64,000 bases of DNA. Origin: Ructibacterium sp. (GTDB lineage Bacteria; Bacillota; Clostridia; Monoglobales; Monoglobaceae). Below are positions 9,381 through 18,022 of the stretch, piece after piece. The stretch spans positions 11,254-75,253 of the forward strand of contig JAZQKJ010000024.1 of assembly GCA_045542095.1 (NCBI GenBank), written 5' to 3'. The position numbers and the translations under genes were made by a program. Position 1 is the first letter of the stretch, and each line of letters starts with the position of its first letter. The notes under the pieces are model-generated. The model searched no databases, was not told the origin of the DNA, and saw only the letters and a list, made by a program, of their open reading frames with translations.

Positions 9381-9686
9381 ATGAGTGTTAAAAAAATTAA
9401 TAATGAGAATTTTGAAAGCGAGATATTAAATAACACAGGTGTTGTTTTGCTGGATTTCTATGCGGATTGGTGCGGGCCCTGCAAAATGGTAGCGCCCATT
9501 GTTGAGGAAATCGCCGAAGAGAGAGGGGATATAACCGTCGGTAAGCTGAACGTTGATGAAAGTCCCCAGATTGCTATGCAGTATAACGTAATGAGTATCC
9601 CTACCCTTATAGTCTTTGAAAACGGTCAGGAGAAAACCAGAATGGTGGGCTTTCGACCAAAAGAGGATATTATATCAGCTCTGTAA
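9381..9686 (+). CDS. trxA: Thioredoxin
   Basis: [18 protein letters not shown]. Confidence 0.95.
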   Translation: MSVKKINNENFESEILNNTGVVLLDFYADWCGPCKMVAPIVEEIAEERGDITVGKLNVDESPQIAMQYNVMSIPTLIVFENGQEKTRMVGFRPKEDIISAL

Positions 9687-9859
9687 GGGGAAGATATATT
9701 TTAATTTTTGTTTTGCGTAAGCAAAACTACCGTAACTTTTTCATTATTCACTATTACTTATTACTTTCCAAAAAATCCGTACTTAAATATTTTTAGGGAA
9801 TAGTGGAGAGTGAATAGGTAATAAGTAAAAAATCCGCACACTATCGTGTACGGATTTTC

Positions 9860-9946
9860 TGGTGCCGCTGGTCGGAGTCGAACCGACACGGAGTTGCCCC
9901 CGACGGATTTTGAGTCCGTTGCGTCTGCCAATTTCACCACAGCGGC
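9860..9946 (-). tRNA. tRNA-Leu (CAA)
   Basis: Reverse complement GCCGCTGTGGTGAAATTGGCAGACGC-ACGGA-CTCAAAA-TCCGT, long variable arm, GGTTCGACTCC, encoded CCA; upstream TTGCAA-17-TAGAAT promoter. Confidence 0.95.
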
Positions 9947-10046
9947 AAATATTAAATTTACAACAAAGGTTATTCTATCACAGATATTTGGAAATTGCAA
10001 GTGTTTTTTGCGTAAAAATTTTGTTGTTAAAATGAGGTAGACTGTT

Positions 10047-10799
10047 ATGAAACTTATTTCATGGAATGTAAACGGACTTCGTGCCTGTGTTCAGAAAGGG
10101 TTTATGGACATTTTTCAGGAGCTTGATGCGGATATTTTCTGTCTGCAGGAAACAAAGCTTCAGGAGGGGCAGATTGAGCTTGATTTAAAAGGCTATCACC
10201 AGTTCTGGAACTATGCCGAGAAAAAAGGATATTCGGGAACTGCTCTTTTTACAAAGGAAGAGCCCGTTTCTGTCAGTTACGGCATGGGAATTGAGGAGCA
10301 TGATAAAGAGGGCAGACTTATTACTGCCGAATATAAGGATTTTTATGTGGTGGTGTGCTATACTCCAAATTCCCAAAACGAGCTTAAGCGTTTGTCCTAT
10401 CGTATGGAATGGGAAGATGCTTTGAGGGTGTATCTTGCAAAGCTTGAAGAAACAAAGCCTGTAATTTATTGCGGTGATTTAAATGTTGCCCATTGTGAGA
10501 TTGACCTTAAGAACCCCAAAACCAACCGTATGAGTGCAGGGTTTACCGACCAGGAGCGCGAGAAAATGACGGAGCTTTTAAATGATAATAAGATAGATAC
10601 CTTCAGGTATTTTTATCCGGATGCCCAAGGGGAATATTCCTGGTGGTCCTATCGTTTTAAAGCTCGTGAGAAGAACGCCGGCTGGAGAATTGACTATTTT
10701 ATTGTATCGGACAGCCTTAAAGATCGCCTGAGAGATGCATCAATCCATCAGGAAATCTTTGGCAGTGACCACTGCCCTGTGGAATTGGTTATAGAATAG
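10047..10799 (+). CDS. xth: Exodeoxyribonuclease III (AP endonuclease)
   Basis: ISWNVNGLRA, CLQETK, GDLNVAH, GWRIDYF, GSDHCP. Confidence 0.95.
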   Translation: MKLISWNVNGLRACVQKGFMDIFQELDADIFCLQETKLQEGQIELDLKGYHQFWNYAEKKGYSGTALFTKEEPVSVSYGMGIEEHDKEGRLITAEYKDFYVVVCYTPNSQNELKRLSYRMEWEDALRVYLAKLEETKPVIYCGDLNVAHCEIDLKNPKTNRMSAGFTDQEREKMTELLNDNKIDTFRYFYPDAQGEYSWWSYRFKAREKNAGWRIDYFIVSDSLKDRLRDASIHQEIFGSDHCPVELVIE

Positions 10800-10823
10800 G
10801 GAGAGCGTTTTGCTCTCCCTTTT
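10799..10823 (+). terminator. Rho-independent terminator of xth
   Basis: GGGAGAGC-GTTTT-GCTCTCCC followed by TTTT. Confidence 0.75.
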
Positions 10824-10834
10824 GTGTCATACTT

Positions 10835-10995
10835 GCGGGACGTCGGATGAATCCCCCCTGAAATCCTTGCGGATTTCTTCCCCCCTTTAGGCAAGGGAGC
10901 GGTGTCGTCCCTTACACATGTGGCTCGGGGTAGATGTATGCCTTTTCATCTACAAAGGGACGGAGTTGGATCGAACGTCACGTTCGTCACGCTTG
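10835..10995. repeat. Composite dispersed repeat (split class 2 REP with class 3 insert, modules B and C)
   Basis: 10919-10963 matches 24032-24076 at 42/45; 10968-10995 is identical to 15054-15081. Confidence 0.85.
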
Positions 10996-11225
10996 TTGGA
11001 GATTATTATTAGGTCATCGCCGATTTTCTTAATGTTTTCCCATGGGATTCTCTGGTCGGGCTCCTTTCCCCAAATCCCCAGAATTCTATACGCACCTGGA
11101 ACACTTATGGATAAAACCCGTCCTGTGACAGCATCAATCTCCAAATCGGAAACAAACCCTAACCTCTCTCCGTCACCTACATGGATAACCTCTTTTGATT
11201 TTAGATCGCTGAATGTGTAGTTCAT
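10950..11225 (-). CDS. YlmC/YmxH family PRC-barrel sporulation protein
   Basis: FSDLKSKEVIHVGDGERLGFVSDLEID...IPWENIKKIGDDLII; the C-terminus reads into the repeat. Confidence 0.88.
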   Translation of the reverse strand: MNYTFSDLKSKEVIHVGDGERLGFVSDLEIDAVTGRVLSISVPGAYRILGIWGKEPDQRIPWENIKKIGDDLIIISNKRDERDVRSNSVPL

Positions 11226-11287
11226 TTTATTCCACCTTTCAATAATAGAGTCTTTTATACTATTCTATTATTGATAAAAACGGAATA

Positions 11288-12580
11288 TTATTTTACTTCA
11301 TAGCATCCGTCAGATGTTGCTATAATACTTTTTTCGTAAAATTTCTCTATAGCTTTTATAAGATAATCTGTGTCATAGGCCCCTGCCGTCTCACAGGCAG
11401 AGTGCATAGCCAGCTGGCAAAGCCCGATATCCACCGTGTTGACAGATACCTTTCCCGTTGAGATATTACCAAGAGTTGACCCCCCGGGAATATCACTTCT
11501 TATGGCAAAATTCTGGCAGGGAACACCTGCCTCGTGGCAGATGCTTTTGAAGATTGCACATGATATACTGTCGGTTGTATATTTTTGGTTTGCGTTGTGT
11601 TTTATCAATATACCCCCGTTCATCTTTGGCTTGCAAACAGGGTCATTCTTTTCGGGGTGGTTTGGATGAATTGCATGACCGTTATCTGCTGATATCACAA
11701 ATGAGGAGCGGAGCCTTTTAAGGAATTCCCTTTGTGAAACGCCTGTGGCGTCGCATATTCTTGTAAGAGTGTCATAAAGAAATGTGGAGTTTGCCCCCTG
11801 TTTGGTGGATGAGCCCACCTCCTCGTTGTCAAAAACGCAGTAAACCTTTACTGATTCCGATTTTCCGCTTTTGAGGAAGCCTCTTAAAGTTCCAAAGACA
11901 CATTGAAGGTCATCAATCCTGGGGGCGACTATATACTCGCCGTCTTTGCCCAGAACCTTCCCCTTATCCCTGTTATATACAAAGAATTCCCAGCCCAGAA
12001 TATCCTCTTTGGCAATGCCTGCACTTTTTGCAATAAGCTCTGAAAACCCGCCTTTTTCTGTGCCCTCGCCCAGAATTGGCAACATATCTGTTTGAGGATT
12101 TGGCTCTTCAACCTTCCCGAAATGTATGGCAAGGTTTGGAATAACCAAAAGGTCTTTGTCAATGTTTACAAGCTTTGTTTCAATTCTGTTTTCATTCCTG
12201 TAGGTAACTCTTCCTGCAAGGGACAGGGGCCTGTCTATCCAGCTGTGCATAAGCATTCCGCCGTATTTCTCGGTATTGAGCTTTATATACCCGTCGGATA
12301 GTATTTCGGAGTCGGGTTTTACCTTAAAACACGGAGAGTCACTGTGGGATGCAGTTATGTTAAACCCCTTAAAATCCTCTTGAGGCATGGAAAATGCAAC
12401 AACAGAAGACATATTTCTTGTGACAAAATATTTTCCGCCATTTACTATCTTCCATTCTTCACATTCTTTTAATTCAGTAAAGCCATGTTCCTTTAATGTG
12501 TCAGTAATATTCTTAACCGTAAAGAAACTGCAGGGCGATTTTTCTATAAATTCAAAAAGTTCGTTATTAGTGTTATACAT
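11288..12580 (-). CDS. M18 family (aspartyl) aminopeptidase
   Basis: SHSDSP, DRPLSLAGR, IPNLAIH, RIDD, FDNEEVGS, ISADNGHAIHPN, GGSTLG, LAMHS. Start at ATG 12580 after AAGGAG. Confidence 0.92.
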   Translation of the reverse strand: MYNTNNELFEFIEKSPCSFFTVKNITDTLKEHGFTELKECEEWKIVNGGKYFVTRNMSSVVAFSMPQEDFKGFNITASHSDSPCFKVKPDSEILSDGYIKLNTEKYGGMLMHSWIDRPLSLAGRVTYRNENRIETKLVNIDKDLLVIPNLAIHFGKVEEPNPQTDMLPILGEGTEKGGFSELIAKSAGIAKEDILGWEFFVYNRDKGKVLGKDGEYIVAPRIDDLQCVFGTLRGFLKSGKSESVKVYCVFDNEEVGSSTKQGANSTFLYDTLTRICDATGVSQREFLKRLRSSFVISADNGHAIHPNHPEKNDPVCKPKMNGGILIKHNANQKYTTDSISCAIFKSICHEAGVPCQNFAIRSDIPGGSTLGNISTGKVSVNTVDIGLCQLAMHSACETAGAYDTDYLIKAIEKFYEKSIIATSDGCYEVK

Positions 12581-12603
12581 TGCAAGCACTCCTTTATCCA
12601 TTA

Positions 12604-12663
12604 ACGGGACGTCGAGGACGGCGTCCCCTACATTTTTGTAGGGGCGATTCACGAATCGCCCGT
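12604..12663. repeat. Foot-to-foot REP pair (class 2 on minus strand, GTAGGGGCGATTCACGAATCGCCCGT on plus)
   Basis: ACGGGACGTCGAGGACGGCGTCCCCTAC-ATTTTT-GTAGGGGCGATTCACGAATCGCCCGT. Confidence 0.8.
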
Positions 12664-12746
12664 TGTCAGATGAGTTCATCTTCGATATATCATTATATCA
12701 TTTAGAGTCAAAATTATCAACATTTTGTTAATAATCGGTTAAAAAG

Positions 12747-12775
12747 TTGAAATTTCCTTTTGTTTGTGGTATACT
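12747..12775 (+). promoter_or_regulatory. sigmaA-type promoter of the SLH-M15 gene
   Basis: TTGAAA-17-TATACT with extended TG. Confidence 0.6.
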
Positions 12776-12818
12776 TTTAAAAGTAAATTTATGCAGTTAG
12801 AATTTCGAGGTGAAACCC

Positions 12819-14192
12819 ATGAAGAAAATATTAGTTTGTACTATATTGATTATAACTATGCTATGTACACAGTTTTTACAGTGCTTTGCATACGACCCAA
12901 GCTTTTGGGCGGTTGATGCAGTAGAGGGCGCGCGGAGCCTTACTATTATATCTGAGGAATATTCCAATAAATCCTATCAGGCACCTATTTCAAGAGGAGA
13001 TTTTGTAAATCTGGCAGTAAACTTATATGCCACCATTACAGCGGAGAATGTTTCTACTTCTCCAAAGAGTCCCTTTAAGGATACTGATGCACCATTTCCA
13101 AATATGGCACATCATGTGAAGATAGTTGAGGGTGACGGCGAGGGTAATTTCAAACCTTTAGGCACTCTTACAAGACAGGAAATGTGTAAGATTATAACCA
13201 ATCTTCTTCAGGCGGCAGGTTCGGTGGGAGATTATCACGTGCCCGAGAAAATTTTTGATGATGTTACAGATGCAGAGGAAATTGCATCCTGGGCAAAAAC
13301 CAATGTGGCATTTATGCTGGAAAACAACCTTATGGCAGGCGACGAAGATGGAAGATTTCGTCCCAACGACCCCATAACCCGTGAGGAAGCGGCAGTTGTT
13401 GTTTATCGTTGCTATCTCCGTTACAGTCCCGAACGTGACGGTCAGATTAAAACTGTTCTCCGCCAGACAAAGGATTCTGCAGGAAACACAATCCATACTC
13501 TTATAAAGAGCATAACTCTGCCAAGCGGAGCTACGGTTGCCCTTGCAAATGCCAATAATCCCGATGCACCAACTGTTGCTGCAACGGGAAATGCAGGTTA
13601 TGCGCCAAGCGGCACACCACTTCAAAGTCCCGATAAAAACGGACTTTATGCTCTTAAGACCTATTCCGAAACCCTGGTAAACGGCGAGGCTGCTTTAAAA
13701 GAAAAAATTGTATTTGGCGATGGACCCAAGTACACATCTGCTGCAGAGGCTGATGCTAATATGAGCGATGTAACAGTAAATGTATGGAAGCTTAATTCCA
13801 ACAACGAGATGTATTCATCAACTCTGTCCTTTAAAATAAACACTGTTTTAAAGGAAGATGTTATTGCAATTTTTGAGGAGATTTATTATTCTCCTGTTAA
13901 GGCACCTATTAAAGATGTGACCGCGTACGGATGGCGTAATGCTATGTCAAGCGGTGCGTACTCTGACCATAACTACGGAACAGCAATCGACCTTAACTAT
14001 AACGAAAACTATTGTACCTATGCAAACGGTACAACGGTAGGAAGCTTCTATGACCCCGAAAATTCAATTTATTCATTCCCCAAAGACGGGGTGGTTGTCC
14101 AGACCTTTGCCAAGTATGGCTGGCTCTGGGGCGGAAATGCATGGGTAAGCGGAACAAGAGACCACATGCACTTCACATATTTGGGCAAATAG
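12819..14192 (+). CDS. S-layer homology (SLH) domain protein with C-terminal M15 family peptidase
   Basis: Signal peptide; three SLH repeats (ISRGDF, LTRQEM, FRPNDPITREEAA); SDHNYGTAIDLN and DHMHF Zn-binding motifs. Confidence 0.85.
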   Translation: MKKILVCTILIITMLCTQFLQCFAYDPSFWAVDAVEGARSLTIISEEYSNKSYQAPISRGDFVNLAVNLYATITAENVSTSPKSPFKDTDAPFPNMAHHVKIVEGDGEGNFKPLGTLTRQEMCKIITNLLQAAGSVGDYHVPEKIFDDVTDAEEIASWAKTNVAFMLENNLMAGDEDGRFRPNDPITREEAAVVVYRCYLRYSPERDGQIKTVLRQTKDSAGNTIHTLIKSITLPSGATVALANANNPDAPTVAATGNAGYAPSGTPLQSPDKNGLYALKTYSETLVNGEAALKEKIVFGDGPKYTSAAEADANMSDVTVNVWKLNSNNEMYSSTLSFKINTVLKEDVIAIFEEIYYSPVKAPIKDVTAYGWRNAMSSGAYSDHNYGTAIDLNYNENYCTYANGTTVGSFYDPENSIYSFPKDGVVVQTFAKYGWLWGGNAWVSGTRDHMHFTYLGK

Positions 14193-14236
14193 AAAAACAG
14201 ATGTAAAAGCATTGCTTTGCTTTTACATCTGTTTTT
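14193..14236. terminator. Bidirectional terminator hairpin
   Basis: AAAAACAGATGTAAAAGC-8nt-GCTTTTACATCTGTTTTT between convergent genes. Confidence 0.8.
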
Positions 14237-14340
14237 TATTATGTAGGAAATTACGCAGTAATTGACGTAATAACAAGAACGTGTTCATTAGTCCCCCAAG
14301 ATTGGGGGCAGGGGGTTGATGTGTTTGTTAAAACACTTTT

Positions 14341-14946
14341 TTATTCTTCGAATTCAAATTTACCAAAGAAATCTGCTATATGAAAGTCGGGGTTTTCCAC
14401 CTCTACCTCTGACCACGTTATAAAATGGGAGTGGTCTGTGTCTTCGCCGCATTTATAGAAATTTCCACGGCAAACAGGTGCGATTTTCTTATAATACTTT
14501 AAGAGGAAGTCAAAGGGCAGATAAAACTTCAGTGTCCAGTCACCCTCATTTGGAATTGATTCTATGCTGAAGGTTTTTCTGTCTTCCCATATAGGCTCTC
14601 TTCCGTGTCTGTCCTTGCCTATTCCAATATGCATTATACCTTTTGGGTTTATTTCAATATTCATGTAATTCAAATCCCATGGGTCAGGCTTAAAGAAAAA
14701 CTCCATACAGCTATCCATACAGATTTCTCCGTTTTCCTCAAGACATTCTGCCTTGAGATTTTTTTCATTTGTATGCAATAAAACGCTTATGCCCTCCGGA
14801 CCTTTAAGAATTTTAAAGGTTGTTTCGATTGGCTGATAGAATTCTTTCCATCTCTGAACTTCTATCCGACCTGTATTTGCCTTTTCCCATTCAGGAGAGG
14901 TGGCAGACGGGTCTGTTATGTTGGTTTTTAATATTTTGTATCTCAT
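14341..14946 (-). CDS. Carbohydrate-binding family 9-like (DOMON-like) protein
   Basis: DSCMEFFFKP, YMNIEINPKG, GNFYKCGEDTDHSHFITWS, DFH..FFG pattern of CBM9-like proteins. Confidence 0.72.
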   Translation of the reverse strand: MRYKILKTNITDPSATSPEWEKANTGRIEVQRWKEFYQPIETTFKILKGPEGISVLLHTNEKNLKAECLEENGEICMDSCMEFFFKPDPWDLNYMNIEINPKGIMHIGIGKDRHGREPIWEDRKTFSIESIPNEGDWTLKFYLPFDFLLKYYKKIAPVCRGNFYKCGEDTDHSHFITWSEVEVENPDFHIADFFGKFEFEE

Positions 14947-15002
14947 TGTAAAACTCCTTAATTATTTATTTATACGAAGACATCGGGTCAAAGAAAACTG
15001 TT

Positions 15003-15081
15003 GGACGTCGGAAACCGCTACTGCATCCATCACGGCTCTGCCGTGTAAGGACCGGATCGAACGTCACGTTCGTCACGCTTG
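15003..15081. repeat. Composite dispersed repeat (modules D and C)
   Basis: 15019-15073 matches 24117-24171 at 54/55. Confidence 0.85.
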
Positions 15082-15602
15082 CTGCGGAGTTTGCGGAACA
15101 TTGCTTCTTCTCCGTCCTCTGCTAAAATAGTTAGATACTTTCTTATCATATCCGATGTTTCGGGATGGATAAACCGATTAACATCACCTTTCATAAAATA
15201 TTCAAGGGGATGTGAGTCGGTATAGTTTTCGCCCTGATAAATCTTGCTTGCCGCCACCCTGTCACAGATAAGCTCTTTAAAATATCTATATGGCATCTTA
15301 ACGGGCATAACCCTTTTCTCTTTTGGGTTATAGTCTGTCCAGTACTCAAAATGATGCTTATTTCTGCCCTTGTGATGTAACCAGGCAGGCGAATATCCGA
15401 ACTTTTCCCGTTCTGCCTCGTTGGGGCTTCTTTTCCCGTCGGCATAATATGTTGCTCCTGCCTTAAACTCGCTTATAGTGTACTTGGACAAATCATGAAA
15501 AAGACCTTGCCACAGTATCCCCGCCTTTTTACAATGGCGAATTACCATGTGCCGATGCTTTGTAATTGTCTTAAAATGCCCTATGGCTTTTCTGAAGGAC
15601 AT
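15030..15602 (-). CDS. DUF5662 family protein (HD-like His/Asp motifs)
   Basis: GHFKTITKHR, HDLSKY, WLHHKGRNKHHFEYW, ICDRVAA; the stop lies inside repeat module D. Confidence 0.72.
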   Translation of the reverse strand: MSFRKAIGHFKTITKHRHMVIRHCKKAGILWQGLFHDLSKYTISEFKAGATYYADGKRSPNEAEREKFGYSPAWLHHKGRNKHHFEYWTDYNPKEKRVMPVKMPYRYFKELICDRVAASKIYQGENYTDSHPLEYFMKGDVNRFIHPETSDMIRKYLTILAEDGEEAMFRKLRSKRDERDVRSGPYTAEP

Positions 15603-15734
15603 TATATCATTCCTTTCCGCCTCTTATTATTTCCATTATATCTGTTTTATTGTTGTTTTTCAAGCCATTCTGTAATATTTTGTTGGCCGTTATATATTTA
15701 TTCTATAAATTTCCCAAAAAATCATTTTTAGTCA

Positions 15735-15797
15735 TTGACAGTTATTCGGAAATGTTGTAAAATACACCTTGTAACATTTTTGTAACATTGTTGTAAC
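15735..15797 (+). promoter_or_regulatory. sigmaA promoter followed by a triple TGTAAC-N5 direct repeat (WalR-type box)
   Basis: TTGACA-17-TAAAAT at 15735-15763; TGTAAC at 15770, 15781 and 15792. Confidence 0.65.
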
Positions 15798-15831
15798 CCA
15801 TTCGAAAAGGAGAACATAAAGGAGAATATAT

Positions 15832-16854
15832 ATGTTAGGACAAGACATAGGGATAGATTTAGGTACATCGTCTGTACTTATATATACTAAAGAGCGTGGC
15901 ATAATTGCAAAAGAGCCTGCTGTTGTTGCTGTGGATAAGGACACAAACAGACTTCTGGCAGTGGGACGGGATGCCCAGAAGATGCTGGGCAGAACCCCCG
16001 GGAACATTATTGCCGCAAGACCCTTAAAGGAGGGGGTTATTTCTGACTATACCGTGACGGAGCGTATGCTTAAATATTTTATGCAGAGAGTGACTCAAAA
16101 AGGTATATTCAGCAGTATTTTCAAGCCAAGGGTTATAATAAGCGTTCCAAGCCGTATTACAGAGGTTGAGGAGCGTGCGGTTATAGACGCAGGGCTTTCA
16201 GCAGGGGCAAGAAAGGTTTGCCTTATAGAAGAGCCTCTTGCAGCGGCGTTGGGAGCGGGGATAGACCTTACCCAGCCCAGAGGAAGCATGGTTGTGGATA
16301 TCGGCGGCGGAACAAGTGATATTGCGGTTGTTTCTCTTGGAGGAATTGTTATAAGCAAGTCTATTAAGATTGCAGGGGATAACTTTGATGAATCCATCAT
16401 CAGATATATCAGAAAAAAATATAATATTCTGGTGGGAGAGCGGACTGCCGAAGAGCTTAAAATCAAAATCGGCTGTGTACGTAAAAGGGACAAGCTTCTT
16501 GCTATGGATATTAGAGGCAGAAGTCTTATATCGGGATTGCCAAAAACCTTACAGATAACATCTGACGAGATATATGACGCTATTTATGAATCTGCCATGA
16601 GTATTGTGGAAGAGATAAAGAATGTTCTGGAAGAAACCCCACCTGAGCTTATGGGCGATATAAGTGCCAACGGTATTGTCTTAACAGGCGGTTGTGCTTA
16701 TATCTACGGGATTGATAAGATGATTCAGACCGAAACAGGAATAAAGACCACCATAGCTCAGAATCCCGAGGAATGTGTAGTTTACGGAACGGGCAAGGCG
16801 ATGGAGAATATTGATATATTAAACAGTTATAATAATGCCGACAGTCGTGATTAA
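15832..16854 (+). CDS. Rod shape-determining protein, MreB/Mbl family
   Basis: DIGIDLGTS, EPAVVAV, RPLKEGVISD, IEEPLAAALGAG, DIGGGTSD, LTGG; paralog identity not resolvable by eye. Confidence 0.92.
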   Translation: MLGQDIGIDLGTSSVLIYTKERGIIAKEPAVVAVDKDTNRLLAVGRDAQKMLGRTPGNIIAARPLKEGVISDYTVTERMLKYFMQRVTQKGIFSSIFKPRVIISVPSRITEVEERAVIDAGLSAGARKVCLIEEPLAAALGAGIDLTQPRGSMVVDIGGGTSDIAVVSLGGIVISKSIKIAGDNFDESIIRYIRKKYNILVGERTAEELKIKIGCVRKRDKLLAMDIRGRSLISGLPKTLQITSDEIYDAIYESAMSIVEEIKNVLEETPPELMGDISANGIVLTGGCAYIYGIDKMIQTETGIKTTIAQNPEECVVYGTGKAMENIDILNSYNNADSRD

Positions 16855-16957
16855 AAAGATGAGGGATGAAAAAAAGTTCAGACCACAAAAAGGTAGGAAT
16901 AAAGCTAATCAGCATAAGAAGAAAGTTGATAAATTTATGATTTTTAATGCATAAGTT

Positions 16958-16985
16958 GAAAAAGGTCTTTTTGAAGACCTTTTTC
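16958..16985 (+). terminator. Terminator hairpin after the mreB-family gene
   Basis: GAAAAAGGTCTT-TTTG-AAGACCTTTTTC. Confidence 0.65.
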
Positions 16986-17010
16986 TTTTATTTCTTACCT
17001 TTTTGCTATA

Positions 17011-17095
17011 AGCAAACTTCGCCTCTCGACGTACCTCTGTACGCCTTCGGGTACCCCAAATCAAGGTTTTATGCCTTGATTTGGCTCAGTTTGCT
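17011..17095. repeat. 85-bp multi-hairpin element closed by AGCAAACT/AGTTTGCT
   Basis: 8-bp terminal inverted repeat; internal CCAAATCAAGG-7-CCTTGATTTGG and CGTAC-CTCT-GTACG stems; single copy in window. Confidence 0.45.
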
Positions 17096-17226
17096 CATTC
17101 TGACTCTTTTTTTCTATCCCCCAAAAAAAGATACAAATTTTGATGTCAGGGTTTTTATATTATCAACGAAGAGGGAGAAAACTCCAAAAAATTTATTGGT
17201 TAAAATAATGAATTTGAAGAAAAATG

Positions 17227-17255
17227 TTGATAAATTGCTTTTTATATGATAAAAT
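17227..17255 (+). promoter_or_regulatory. sigmaA promoter of the IscU-like/GGGtGRT operon
   Basis: TTGATA-17-TAAAAT with extended TG. Confidence 0.6.
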
Positions 17256-17311
17256 ATTGCCAAATGGGTAAAAAAGGCAACTATGCCTATTTCATGAAAG
17301 GAGTAAAGTAA

Positions 17312-18004
17312 ATGAAATATTCAAGCGAAGTAGAAAATATGTGTCCTTTAGCTAAAGGCGCATATCACGGACCTGCACCCATTCCTCAGGAGGGAAAATG
17401 GACACAGGTAAAAGAAATTAAAGAAATTTCCGGTTTAACCCACGGTATTGGCTGGTGTGCTCCTCAGCAGGGTACATGTAAGCTGACCCTTAATGTTAAA
17501 GAGGGCATCATTCAGGAGGCTCTTGTTGAGACAGTTGGTTGTAGCGGTATGACCCACTCTGCTGCTATGGCATCTGAGATTTTAGTTGGTAAGACTCTTC
17601 TTGAAGCAATGAACACAGACCTTGTTTGTGATGCTATTAACACCGCTATGCGTGAGTTATTCCTGCAGATTGTATACGGACGTACACAGACTGCTTTCTC
17701 TGAAGACGGTCTTCCAATCGGCGCTGGTCTTGAGGACTTAGGTAAAGGTCTCCGCAGCCAGGTTGGTACTACTTATGCAACACTTGACAAGGGTCCACGT
17801 TACCTTGAACTTGCAGAGGGTTACATCACAAAGATCGCCGTTGACGACGAGAACCAGATTATCGGTTACAAGTTCGTTCACCTTGGCAAGATGATGGAGA
17901 TGATTGGCAAGGGCATGGATGCAAACGAGGCTCTTGAAAAGGCAAGCGGTCAGTATGGTAGAGTTGATGATGCAGCTAAGCTCATCGACCCACGTCACGA
18001 ATAA
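17312..18004 (+). CDS. IscU/NifU-like domain protein, partner of GGGtGRT protein
   Basis: WCAPQQGTC, VGCSGMTHSAAMAS, LVCDA Cys motifs resembling the IscU scaffold pattern; tandem with the GGGtGRT gene. Confidence 0.75.
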   Translation: MKYSSEVENMCPLAKGAYHGPAPIPQEGKWTQVKEIKEISGLTHGIGWCAPQQGTCKLTLNVKEGIIQEALVETVGCSGMTHSAAMASEILVGKTLLEAMNTDLVCDAINTAMRELFLQIVYGRTQTAFSEDGLPIGAGLEDLGKGLRSQVGTTYATLDKGPRYLELAEGYITKIAVDDENQIIGYKFVHLGKMMEMIGKGMDANEALEKASGQYGRVDDAAKLIDPRHE

Positions 18005-18022
18005 TAGAGGAGGTAATTGATA

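Noticed and set aside
9761-10040. ORFs 9761-10000 and 9846-10040
   Set aside because: They overlap tRNA-Leu and its promoter/terminator; spurious.
12581-12679. N-terminal extension of the M18 aminopeptidase
   Set aside because: Encoded by the REP doublet; AAGGAG precedes the ATG at 12580.
12727-12743. GTTAAT-N5-GTTAAA upstream of the SLH-M15 gene as a WalR box
   Set aside because: Lacks the conserved TGT in both half-sites; too degenerate.
16947-17249. 100-aa ORF between the mreB-family gene and the GGGtGRT operon
   Set aside because: Runs through a terminator, a hairpin element and a promoter; low-complexity K/F/L composition.
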